Below are positions 12,518 to 24,943 of a stretch of 64,000 bases of DNA, piece by piece. The stretch covers positions 93,372,001 through 93,436,000 of the forward strand of contig OX597818.1 in assembly GCA_951406725.2 (NCBI GenBank), written 5' to 3'. This DNA is from Octopus vulgaris. Taxonomy: Eukaryota. A model generated the notes under the pieces. That model did not search any database. It worked only from the letters and a program-made list of their open reading frames with translations, and was not told where the DNA came from. The position numbers and the translations under genes are program-made. Each line of letters opens with the position of its first letter. The first letter of the stretch is position 1.

Positions 12518-12604
12518 CACCTTAAAACAAGTTTGTATCATAGAATCAGGGACGATCTCAGGTATTTTGGTATTAAAAGGCTTAGATTTTATAACCCCCA
12601 CTCC

Positions 12605-13035
12605 CAATCATCATCATTATTTTTAGTGTCCACAAACCATGCTCACGTGGGTCAGACAGAATTTATTGAGACAGATATTCTATGGCTGGATGATTATCCT
12701 GTTATCACCCCCTCACCTATTTCCTTGTTGAAAAATATTTCCCCGTGGACTGATATCTTTTCACACAAGATTGGAAATGAACACTGATTGTATGACAGTG
12801 AACTTGTCTACATCTATCATGATGCAAAGTCAAGAAGACATTAGCACGTGCGCATGTACACACATATGCATGCATGATGAGCTTCTTCCAGTTTCTGGCT
12901 ACCAAATCCACTCACAAAGCCTTGGTCTGTCCAGGGCTATAGTAGAAAACACTTGTTTGAGGTGCCATGCAGTGGAATTGAACCCAGCATTGTGATTGGG
13001 AAACAAGCTTCTCAACTATGCAATCAAGCTTGCAT
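12605..13035 (-). mobile_element. SINE family A2 (A-type head, (CA)n, tail related to the RTE tail)
   Basis: Head as in A1. The 3' part carries the ggaagggcatccag-type motif and a (GAT)n end. Other copies are at about 17130-17460(-), 18865-19220(-), 20505-20745(+), 27905-28240(+), 28842-29010(-), 35815-36120(+), 52280-52560(-), 54650-55075(-) and 58232-58790(+). Confidence 0.7.
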
Positions 13036-14141
13036 CTATTATGTATATCATATTTATTTATAATGATGTATTGACTTATGTGTGCTTCTTTATTATAACA
13101 AGCAAATAGATAGCAATATAGTTCTGAGATATTATTAAAGTATCTTCTGTTGACATAATTAAAATCAGAAAAAAACTGTCTAAATATGCTAAAAAGAACT
13201 AAACACAGCTAAAGAAGAAAGCCAACAATTTGATATAGTATGAATGATTTTATAAAATTTCTTAAAAAATTAATTTGTTATATTATTGGGCAAAGGTATG
13301 TCCACTCATCTGTTCTACTCCTCACTTGACTATCAGATATCGAAGTTCAGTTTAAGTATAGCTTGTAATTAATGCTAAAATATCATTTGCAGGCCTTTTT
13401 TCTCTTATATCATTTCTTGAAATGATTTGACAGTATCATGAACTCAAAATCTTCAGTTTATAATTTTTATTTTATTTCATTATAATAGAAGAATAAAGAA
13501 ATTATTTTGTGTCTTAATTTGATGGCAAAATGCTATAAAAACAGTGAACATTTAATGTCTCCCATCTTAGATAACATTCAGTGTAAAACAGCAAGTCTGC
13601 TTTTGTCACTACTTAAAGCTTCCTCGCTATATGTGCCATCCTGCTGTGTAATAACAGCTGTATTCATACATTTATTTGTTTATTGATGGGAGAAGAAAAA
13701 CAGTTAATCTTGTTAATCTGACACTTGTAATATACATCTGTGTATATTTATTGTTGTAATTTTTTTATATGTTATCTCAGTTACATATTGCTTTGATCTT
13801 TCTTATTCATAACAGAAGAGTGGTCTTTAATTTGTTTCACTTTTGTTTGCTATACACCCCAACATAGGTTTCATTTTCTTTGTGGTAGAGTAGGAACATT
13901 ATCATAACAAGCTCTTGTTCAATTTGAGACAACTGTACAACTTACTGGTGTCCAGTTTGAAGTGACAATGACATAAATTATACTTCCTAGATAGCTATTG
14001 TAACATGACAGGAGAGATTAATCTTTCTTATGTGTCAAAGATTGAAGTTGTCTTTTTAGTAAAGTTGTAAAAGTTTTACATTTAATTATTTTAGCTAGAA
14101 TAATGTAAAAATTAAACAGTAAAAACTGGATGTTTTGAACT

Positions 14142-14355
14142 TTAACCTCTTTTGTTACCAGTCTTTCTCTTAAAATACTCTGGCTTTATTTTAATTCATT
14201 TTAAAAATGATGAAATAACTTTACAATTATTAAAATAGTGTTTGAAACATAAATGAACATGAAATTTTAGTGGAAATTATAATTTAGATCACTTTTAACA
14301 GAAAGTTTGTATCATAGAAACAAGAGTGGTCTCAGCTTGATACCAAAAGAGTTAA
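14142..14355. mobile_element. piggyBac-like MITE family A, complete
   Basis: TTAA at both ends (14142-14145, 14352-14355) with TIR CCTCTTTTGTTACCA / GATACCAAAAGAG. Confidence 0.75.
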
Positions 14356-14474
14356 AACATTGTATGTGTGAAAGATTGTCTCAAAATTGTGTACTTTCCT
14401 ATAAGAACTGATTTTGGTTTCTCAAAAACAGAACCCGTTAAGTGGTTTGCATTTTAGATGTGGGATTTCAGAAA

Positions 14475-16468
14475 TCTCTATATAAATATATATAAAACAA
14501 AGGATTGTGTGTGTGTGTAGTACGTATGCATTTCTACAGTTTTCAACCAATTTTTACCAAACTTTACACATACATTACTTATGTGCCAAGGATGGTCATA
14601 GACCATAACATTTTGCCCAGAGTTCCCATGTAATGCAAAAAACCAACTGGGTTTTACGCATGGGTTTTTCTGTGAAAAATGCAGTTTTCAACTGATACTC
14701 TCCCTCCAACTTCTGCAGTTTTCATGCAATTCCCTCCCTCTTCTCTCTCTCTCTTTATTTATCTCTTCTCTTTCTCACTTTTGCAGTACTTCTCTTTAAA
14801 GCCTATGTTTGTTTTCATTCACTCACTCACTCTCTCTTTCTCTCTCTCTCATGCATAAATATCTTTGCCTTCACACTATTTGTACATTTTCCCTACAACA
14901 TTACTTATTTAAAATTTTTTGCCCTCTATTTAAATATACTATTTACATTTCTCCCTTTATCGAAAACCGTTGTGATACAGCCAATAAACCTTCATTACTA
15001 ACCAATGAGAATTCAACCACACCACTTCATGTGTTAAAGATATCCTAAAGTGGCTCAAGTTTTTTCACTCCACCTATTTTTCTACAGCTTTATATGCTGA
15101 AATGGGGGTTTGTAATTTTGTCTACAATTGATTTCCTTGTGTGTTATAATATTGTTTCACTTTTAATTCTAATGTGATAAGACTATAACATTATTTCACT
15201 TTATGTGTGTATTTGCGTGTTCAATACATACATGATAGTAAAGGACATTTTATACTATGACGACGTAACATATATGAGTGTGTATGTGTCTCTGAGTGTA
15301 TGAGTGTGTATGTCTCTCTGACTGGGTGTGTTTCTGCATTAGGTACGTTATTAAACACACACACGCATCTACACATGCATATACACGTGATGACTGATGT
15401 GTGAATGTATGTATGTGTCTCTCTTACTACATGTGTATTACTGTATGTGAGAGTATATGCGTGCGTATCATCGCATATATGTGTTTGTGTGTGTATATTT
15501 GCACACCCATTATGTACATTATTAAACACACGCATAGATCCACACATACATATACATTTCTGACGAGAATGGCTGGAGGTGAAACTCTTGACAAAAAACA
15601 ATTACATGGAAGGTTCAAGTTATATAAAAATACACATCTACCATTCAATTAACAGTTAATAATTATCACAGCAGTTGCAAGGTGTTTACAATTTGCTTAT
15701 ATTTGGTTAATTTACACTGCATACAAAAATATAAACATGCTACATACAACTGCTTACAAAAATAGAGATTAATGTATATTTTTTTTTATCCTCAATGTTT
15801 TCTTTAAAATATTGAAAAAATAGGCCACCAAAGAAAAAACATATCTCCAGAAACACCTATAAAGCAATGAGGAATGCAGAAAACTGAAGGTGATAGTCTT
15901 AAGACATAAGGGACATGAGACTTTCTCAACATCAGCGATGGCATGTTGCAGCATGTCAGATGGAGTCTCAATGCAGAATGGACATGACACTTTCCAAAGA
16001 TCAAAGATTTTCTCAACATCAGCAAAAGCTTGCTGCAGCACATCTGATGGAGTCTCAAGACAGAAGGGAGACGAGACTTGCTCAAGATCAGTAAAGGCAT
16101 CTGCAGCACTTAATGCTGAACCATTAAAATGTTTATTCAGCACACTAGATTACACAGAGGTCCAATAGAATAGCTCTCAGAAACAGACCGCGTAAAAATT
16201 CATTCTTCACAGCACCTGGAGGTGCTTTCAGATGTGATTCATTCCATTCTTATAAAAATTATAATTCTATCCAAATTGGTGTGCTAATTTCAAATTGTCA
16301 TTTATGCAAAGCTTTAAAACTTACTCCACAAATGTTTTGTCGTCAATGCTACACTTTCCTGTATCACCTGTTTCAACATAACTGTTATATATATATATAT
16401 ATATACACATATATACACACACAAACTATACAATTTTTATCCCAAGCAACGTCAGGTATCTCTGCTGG
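14475..16468 (+). mobile_element. Non-autonomous Helitron, about 2 kb
   Basis: Starts A|TCTCTATATAAATATATATAAAA followed by (GT)n. Ends with a decayed hairpin CCCAAGCAACGTCAGG-tatctctg-CTGG|T, matching the intact terminus of the element at 49773. Confidence 0.7.
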
Positions 16469-17041
16469 TAAATAAATAAAAACTGTAAGTACATTAACAT
16501 TGTTAGTGAATCAACTAAATTACTGCTATTAAAGGCTGCAGCATTGGTCAGTAATAACAGAGACACCAAAATAGATTTGAATAGCTATAATTTTATAAAT
16601 TAAACCCTCTAACAAAATATACCAGCAGCTATTCTCTTACACAATAGTTACTGTGGGCTGGAGGAATGGTTGATATTTCCCTCATCACAATTCTAAACCA
16701 TTAATTCTTACAGATTGTTTTAGATATTTATGATTCGCCTGTCTATCTATCTCTTCTTTGTTTAGTTAGTGACACACACATCACAGAGATGTTTATATCC
16801 ACTTAGTATTACCAAAGTAACTGACTCAGTGTTATTTTACTGTTTAACATTGTTTCCAAACTTATTTGCAATTGTCTGAAACCTACATTTAGCATTGACC
16901 AAATTACTTTCTGTTATTTTGTTTTCCTTTTTTTTTTAATGTTAATTATTTATAAACTGTGTTAATTTATCTGTATGTTTAGAATTTTTTTACAATTTTT
17001 TCAAGTCTTAATTTAAGGAAAAATATTTCTTTTATTTGCAG

Positions 17042-17080
17042 CTAGAAAACACATTAAGGAACATAAATTCTGATGAATCG
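17042..17080 (+). CDS. Putative 39-nt symmetric microexon of the FAM107 gene
   Basis: Acceptor tttcttttatttgcag|, donor TCG|gtaagc. Open frame LENTLRNINSDES, phase 0/0, joining in frame to exon 56882. Confidence 0.55.
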
Positions 17081-18146
17081 GTAAGCTCTTTTTGAAAATA
17101 TCTTTGTCTATATAATCATTGTTATTTTTTTTGCATGCTTCCATATGTCATGCTTAACATAATTCATTAAGGCAAATTTTATACAGCCAGATGCCCATCT
17201 GCTTGCCAAAATTCACCATTTGCAAGCAATAACATCTTCCTGTGGCCAGACATATTTTCACAGACAAAAGGACACCACTTGTATGATAACGACACTAGTT
17301 TACAACTATCAAGCAATATCAAGACAAGAACAAACACATACTCACATGCACACACAAATATGATGGGCTTCTTTCAGTTTCTATCTACCAGATCTCAACA
17401 GGCTTTGGTCAGCTTGTGGCTGTTGTAGAAAACACTTCCTCAAAGGACCATACACTGTCCCTTGGTGATTATGAGTAGCATCAAAACAGACTGCAGAATT
17501 ACTATTACTTTATGAACTATTTAGGAAATGTTGTTTAGTCCTAAGTGAACCCTAATTCCCCCAGGTACACTTATGATAGGTGTTCCAGCACCATTCACTC
17601 TGAGCTGTGCACTTGTGTTTACAGATACATTTTACTACAAGGGGAGCCGGACTGAAAATTTGAAATGCATGGTTTACAAGATGAAATCAGATTTGTTTAA
17701 TTGAAGAAATTTAAGCAATAATTACTTGATTAGATGCTACAAAGAAAGAAAATGTGTACACAGTGCAAATTTCATTTCTGTGCACACCTATGGCTAAAAG
17801 TTACAGGGAACATCAGTTCCAGCCATGATTAGCTTGTCATTTATTTAATTATATTTATTTATTTTTTTGGATTTTGTTTCTTGGAATACATTTTCAGCTA
17901 GTGATCTTTTTTTCCTCTTGACACTATGGTGTGATATGAGGAATATTTGGTTATTGTTTTGGGGATTATTGTTTACATGTATGAATGTCTATACATGTGT
18001 TAATACACACACATGCACATGACTAAGTTATACATGTTTTCTGTCAACCATGTGACATTTAAGCACTTAAAATTTTCAACAAAATACTCTAAGGTGTTTA
18101 GTAAAAAAAAAAAAAATAGTAATTTGTTGCTGTTGTTGAATCACAT

Positions 18147-18385
18147 TTAGCCCTGACTGAGCAGACTTATGATCAAAGGCATTCTAGCCTTGACCATCCC
18201 TTTTTTTCTCTCGGATATTGCATATTTACTAAGATTACAATTACCCATTGTATTAAATTACCCATTACATATAGCTAGGATTACATTACCTGTTGTCTTC
18301 CAATCAGTTTTTAGAAAGGTGCAAGTTGAGGGTGATTTGACTGCTATTCCTAGCAAGTCAAATCACTACTTAAATGCTCTCTTGC
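18147..18385. repeat. Unclassified interspersed repeat (family D)
   Basis: Collinear with 44205-44600 (ttatgatcaaaggcattc...gatttgactgctattcctagcaa...atgctctc), where it is interrupted by a MITE. Confidence 0.55.
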
Positions 18386-19879
18386 TAGCTCTTGTTTAAT
18401 ATGGGATAAAATGCTCAACGGTATTTGTTCCAGCTCTTTATGTTTTAGGTTCAAATACCATCGAGTTCAACTTTACCTTTCATCCTTCATTAGTCAGTGG
18501 AGTATCGGTCAAATGCTAGGTAAATATAATCAACTTTGTTTCCCCAACCCACACCCCCACCAAATTTCAGGGCTTACTGCTTATGAAAGAAATCATTAGA
18601 GTGATGGAATGGCAGAAACAAACGTATCTTGGACAAAATGCCTTGTATTTGATTCTGAATTCAAATTTTAGCAAGGTCAAATTTACTTTCCATTACTCTG
18701 GAATTCAGAAATATCAATTATGTAGGGGTATTTTGACCTAACTATACACTCCCCACATACACTCACATACTTTTTTTACAATGAATGGTTGTGTCACATG
18801 AGAAATCATCACTATTATTTTTGTAATTGTGTGGTGTTGAAAGGAGATACATACACACATTATCATCATTTAATATTTACTTTTTCATTCTTGCATGAGT
18901 CAGGTAGAATTTGTTGAGGCAGATTTTCTGCAGCTGGGTGCCTTTCCCAATACCAACTCTCACCTGTTTCTAAGTGGGGTAATATTTCCCTGTATCTATG
19001 TTTTTCACAAAAGATGAAATGATCAGCATCATTTGTATGATGATGATGATGCTTATTTACAACAATCACATGATGTCAATTCATAGATACACATACACAC
19101 ACATATATGACAGGCTTCTTTCAGTTTGTGTTTACTAAAGATACTTGCTCAAGGTGCTGTGCAGTAGGACTGAACCCAGAACAAAGTTGAGAAATGAACT
19201 TCATAACCATGCAGCCATGCTTAATGATTGGTGGAGATGGTGAAGCCCTGCTTTACATTATTTAATTTTTTTTTAAGTGCCAAATTTAAAATTCTTGATT
19301 TTAATTTGGTTTAAAACTCTTGATTTTAATTTATATTTTTCTAGATGCAATATAGTGGGATTCACTTCAGTTGTCTTTCCAGCTAAATTTCGCATGTCAG
19401 GGGTAATCCTTTTGAATGGACATAAATTTTGTGTGGGAAAAGTTCATTTGCTTATGTTAAAAAGAAGTTGGTAAATATACCCATACCATACTGAAGGAGG
19501 CTGCTTATTAATTAGTTGAGCATGTGTAACTTAAACTAAAAGAAAGTAATTATTAAATCTACACTGTCTAGAAAATTCATAAAACTTGTACTTTTATTAT
19601 ATTTTTATCAAAATGTGCAAGTTTCTTGTAGTATTCAAGATTTCAACTACAGAAAATTAATTTTAATAGTTGGTGCTCCCTGTTTGTCTCTTCTCTCCTC
19701 ACACATTTCATGATGGTACTTTCTACAGATACATCAGTAAAAATCATTTCTCCATATTATAAGTTTATTCAGCTTCAACCAAATTATGTTATTCCAGTAA
19801 CCTTCCACATTTGTTGGGTGTTTTTGAAGAAATGGAGAACTGAAGAAGAAAAGTAGTTTTAATTTACTAATATCAATAA

Positions 19880-20078
19880 GGCAATGAGCTGGCAGAATCA
19901 TTGGCATGCCAGGCAAAATGCTTTGTGGCATTTTGTCTAGCCTTGTGCTTTGAGTTCAAATTCTACTAAAGGCAACTTTGCCTTTCATTCTTTTGGGGTT
20001 GATAAAATAAGTACCAGTTGAACCCTGGCATCGATGTAATTGACTTACCCCAAATTGTTGGCCTTGTACCAAAATTTT
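19880..20078 (+). mobile_element. SINE family B (alternative tail)
   Basis: Reads ggcaatgagctggcagaatc...gagttcaaattc...ctttgcctttcattcttttggggttgataaaataagtaccag...ggccttgtaccaaaattt. More decayed copies are at about 18400-18700, 48445-48620(-) and 50505-50730(-). Confidence 0.8.
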
Positions 20079-21067
20079 AAATCACTTTACTTACGCCAAT
20101 TGTACCACATATAAACTTGTAAATATAATACATAGAAAACGTATGGAATGTTAAATTTAACTTTATATTTAACAATCCACACCTGCTTTTATGCGGCAGT
20201 TCCCCACTGATATTAGAGGTGAGGTTATCTCTTTGTAACTGTAAAGTATTAATGTAGTTATATATGCTACACATATGGGCTTGGATTGGACTTTATTTGT
20301 ATAAATGTTTATTTTTCTTTGTTAGTCAAACTTGAATATTTGCATTTTGTTGAACAAAGAAGTGGCACCTATTTATTCTTGGGTATAAAAGAATGTACTT
20401 TATGTAGCAAGTATCAGATTGTGATAGTAAGGTTTGAAGTTGGCTGCTTGGTTTTGTATTCAGACAGCTGCAAAGTCGTGAGGGTAGAATATGTAGATAG
20501 AAACTGAAAATGTCTGTCATATGCATATCTTTCCTCATCTTGCCATTGTCTGATAGTCGTTAATGACTGTCACCTTCATACAAGTAGTGTCACTCATTTC
20601 TATGAAAGCATGTTCCATCACGGGGGAAGTATTACCACACTTAGAAATAAGTAAGGGTTGATGATAAGAAAGGCATAGAAAATATGCTTCGATGAACTAC
20701 AACTGATCCAAGCAAACACGCAAAAATAGATTTTAAAACAATGATGAAAAATGTGGAGAGGTTTTGTAACTTTTTAATTTATTTATTTGGAGGCATGTTA
20801 TAAATAGTCATACACAGAAAGCTTTTTGCTTGTAGAAATCTAGAAATATTACTGTGAGATATTGCTCATGATTTTAATTCAAGCCAGTTACTTTCATAGG
20901 GTAATGACACCAACTTTTTATAGTCCTATATTGAAAATTGTTGTCAATCACTTTCTGAAAATGTATGTCATTCACTTGGCTGAGTTGGTATTGAAAGAAA
21001 TAATATTAAAGATACAGAATATAATAACTCCTGAGAACAATTTGAGATTCTACCAATCAAAACAGCA

Positions 21068-21519
21068 TTAACCCTTTAGTATTCAAACTGGCCATATGTA
21101 GCCCAAATATTCTACCCATTTTATGCTTAACAGTTTCATTACTATATTTCTTTTGAGATGCTGTTTTTCTTTCAATTAATTCTAAGTATAACAAAGAATT
21201 TAGTAAAATAACTTAGTTATCATTAAGCTAGTGTTAGGAACATAAGTTTGGACTAAGGTTTGGTTGAAGATTTTAATTCAGAACTTATGAAAACAAGACA
21301 TTTGTACTACAGAGCCAGAGGCGGTTTCAGCTGTGTTGGTATCGAAAGGGTTAAACTGGCCAGATCTGGACTCTTACACCTACCCAACAATATCATTCTA
21401 AAAATAAGCAATCACATCATCAAAATCTCAGAGCTACATTGATAATGCTTGATTAATTACAAAACCATGTGAATAAATAAGTATTACATTTGACGGTAAT
21501 TTGAATGCTAATGGATTAA
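21068..21519. mobile_element. piggyBac-like MITE family B containing a nested family A MITE (21127-21354)
   Basis: Outer ends TTAACCCTTTAGTATTCAAA ... TTTGAATGCTAATGGATTAA. The inner element is bounded by TTAA at 21127-21130 and AAAGGG-TTAA at 21351-21354. Confidence 0.75.
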
Positions 21520-22604
21520 TAATCAACTAGCTGGGATTGATTAATCTTTAACAAATCACAAAGCTCAGAGTTAATTAATGACTTTGACTTTGTTCTATTT
21601 GGGTTTTTTGGGCGGAGGGGTGTTTTTTTTTTTTTTGCTTTTTTTTGTTACACTTTACATGTGTGTCGCAGGTTATTTGTCAGATGAATTGCTTTTACTG
21701 TTGAATGATGCCTCCTGTTTGTAACCATTCGATCTTGAAGTAAAAAAATTAGCAAAAGTAATTTAGAGAACTTTACAAAAAGCCACTGTATGTCATTAGA
21801 TTGTATACCATTTTATTTTGTTTGGTGGTGTTCAAAAGACCAAAAACGCTTATAATGTTTTAAACTTATCATTTATCTGTAGTCTGGTACCTTAACCTCA
21901 CTGCTAATGCACTTCTTACAATATACTTTACAATTTTTATAGCTTTGTTAGGTAACTTTCAAAGGCTAACTAGATATAGTTATGTGGTGATAAAAAACAA
22001 TATTGCGTCAGTTCCCTACTGACTGCATTAAAAGAGAGGGATATCTTTGCAATTGAAAAAAATAGTAGAGTTGTTATATAAACCACACATATGGGCTGGA
22101 TTGGACTTAGTGTAAATATTTATTTTTCGCTGTGTTAAACTTGAATATTTGCATATTTGATAAAGAAAGGAAGTGACATGTACTGTTTGTAAGAAAAGTG
22201 ATTTACATTGTGTTGCTGGTAGCAAATACTGGTATATATTATTTAATTATTTTCATATTATTTTCTTCCATTTTTTTTTTTTTTATCCTTTGGAAAATAC
22301 AGAAGACAATCGGAATATGTTTCTGTCTTATAATCTCATTAGCAGAGCATAACTTTCATCATATATGGATGGAGTCTCTGTATTATTTATGCAGTGTCTA
22401 ATCTAGTTTAGCTCAGCATGTTTGTTTGAATTCCTTGGTACTAATTCAACCTCCAGTATGAATATAATGATAGACTTTAATTTGCCGACTTCTGAAATGC
22501 TTAAAGGTAATAAAAAAAAAAGACAAACAAAAAAGCACATTGACCAATCTTGATGCATATAGGGAACTTGGACTGTCTTATTGTTACCATAATCTTTGTT
22601 GTGA

Positions 22605-22920
22605 CTGCTGGTGGCACATAAAAAGCACCATTCGAGCATGGTCAATGCCAGTGCCACCTGATTGGCTCCTGTGCCGGTGGTATGTAACAAGCACTATTCA
22701 AGTGTGATCCATGCCAGTGCTGCCTGACTGGCCCCCATGCCTGCGGCATGTAAAAGGCAGCCACTACACTTGGAGTGGTTGGCATTAGGAAGGGCATCCA
22801 GCTATAGAAACCTTACCAGAATAGATTGGAGCCTGGTGCAGCTTCCTGGCTTGCCAGTCCTCAGTCAAATCATCCAACCCATGCCAGCATGGAAGCAGAT
22901 GTTAAACAATGATGATGATG
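22605..22920 (+). mobile_element. RTE LINE 3'UTR copy
   Basis: Three GGTGGCAC-TAAAAAGCAC-type subunits followed by the gttggcattaggaagggcatccagcta tail and (GAT)n. Further copies are at 24514-24730(-), 57895-58152(+) and 61170-61386(+). Confidence 0.8.
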
Positions 22921-24908
22921 ATTATATTGGATCTGCTTAGTTCCATGTTTTGGTATTATCCAATCATTTCTATAGCTCTTCTTCATTAATGATTATATCA
23001 AAGCTATTTCAAATGGTCTCAAACAAGGGGTTGGCTGTCGTCAACTAAATTTGGGAGATTAAAAGCTGCTTCACTAGTGATTGCGAAAAGAACCCAAGAG
23101 GAAGTTTGACACAGAGAAAAATGTACTAAATTGTGAGTAATTGTTTTTTAAATGAGGACAGAATAGGAAACTGTAGGTTGGGATAGTCAAAGAGTTGGTT
23201 TCCTGTGGTTGTGACATAGTTGGCCCCTCTACCTTAACTACCACCACCAATACCATCATCATCTTCAGTATCACTTTTGACACTTATTAACCACTATCAC
23301 TATCACCACAATCACATTTGCTAAACCATACTGCTTTTTCCACCAACACCACTTACTCTATCTTTATAACACTTAACTTACTCTGTCTTTATGACACTTA
23401 ACTGCACTTGTTATTACTATATATATTGTATTTTATGTATAAGTATATATACTTATATATTTTATGTGTAAAATATCTTGTATATATATTTTATATATAT
23501 ACTTATATTTTATGTATAAGTATATATTTGTTCATGCTATATCAAGTAATGTAGTTCTATATAAAATTTAGTCACAGTATTGTCTGTTATATGGTATTTT
23601 TTATACTGTATGAAGTGTTTGATATTAAACAGTCATTACTCTTACTGGTGTAAAATAAATCTAGTTTTCATTCAGCTTATATTACAGAAAGAACAATCCC
23701 TTAGAATTTTTAACTATATAATACCTTTCAAATAGATGCTCATTAGTGTTCATCATTAAATCAAAGTACATTTAACACTGAAAGAGTAAGTAAATTCAGA
23801 ATACATCACATCAAGCAGCGAAGAAACAGTCTAATGATACTGTATAAAACTTGTGAGAGAACTATGCCCTTTGATCTCCTACAAATGCTGGTAATAAAAT
23901 CAATCTTCGATGTCTTTTACTCATGCTTCAATAGCTTAGGTCCTCAAGTAAGCTAATTAAATTTCCGAAGTCTTGTAGAGATGGGGAACAAAAAGGCACT
24001 GTATTATCTCTGTTTTTAATGCTATAAATTTTGCCTTCTTGATCTAGGAAATATCGAGCAACTCGCATGCATCTCTTTGATCAGTAACTTTATACAGTTT
24101 ATTATATACACTGAAATACTTTATATATGCTGATATCTTATCAGCATGGAAAACTGATGTTAAGTGATGATAATGTGTGTGTATTATATCATACAAATTT
24201 TGATCAGTTAAATCATATTTATCAGTCATGTAATGAGATTTCAGTCAGGATTTATAATTAAATATAAGTACTTTAGTAGAAGCCAATTCAGTCGATGTAA
24301 TGAAACCAGAGACAGTTTTGGTTGTGTCAGTATTGAGCTTATATCATAGATATAGAATAAAGCAGCAAAGAACATTTGGCAGTTCTGCCAGTCAAAGCAT
24401 AGTGTAAATAATCACCTAAGATTAATTGATTAATCTTTATCAATTAATTTACAATTACTTTTTCACAAAATAGTTTGATTTTTTTATCATATATATATAT
24501 ATATATATATATATCATCACACATCTGTTTTCCATGCTGGCATGGGTTGGGCAGGTTGCCCTACCTCTGATTATTTTGGTATGGTTTCTACAGCCAGGTA
24601 TTCTTCCTAATACCAACCACTTTACAGAGTGTACTGGGTGCTTTTTACATGACACTGGCATGGGTGCCTTATACATGGTACTGACATGAGATGCTTTATA
24701 TGTGGCACCAGCATGGGTACTTTTTACATTAATTATATATTTATAATTAAGGTGTTGAAATCACCATGAAATCTGGGTAGATTGCTGGTGAAGAGCTTCC
24801 AAGTTCATGTCTGTTTCGGTTTTTCATCTTTCTGTGCCAACTTTTTGAATTGCATATTCTACCATATGCAGTTTCATTTTCACGCACAACACATACAAGT
24901 ATACATAT

Positions 24909-24943
<35 letters not shown>

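Larger units (their letters stand above)
11965..12584. mobile_element. piggyBac-like MITE family A interrupted by the hammerhead element
   Basis: Left end TTAACCTTTTTG, right end TAAAAGGCTTA. The body resumes exactly after the duplicated target caccttaaaacaa. Confidence 0.7.

Noticed and set aside
23690-24130. Weak transposase- or LINE-like relics here and at about 30870-31220, 33850-34450, 50780-51560 and 55740-56460
   Set aside because: Only isolated 4-8 residue resemblances; the family cannot be assigned by eye.
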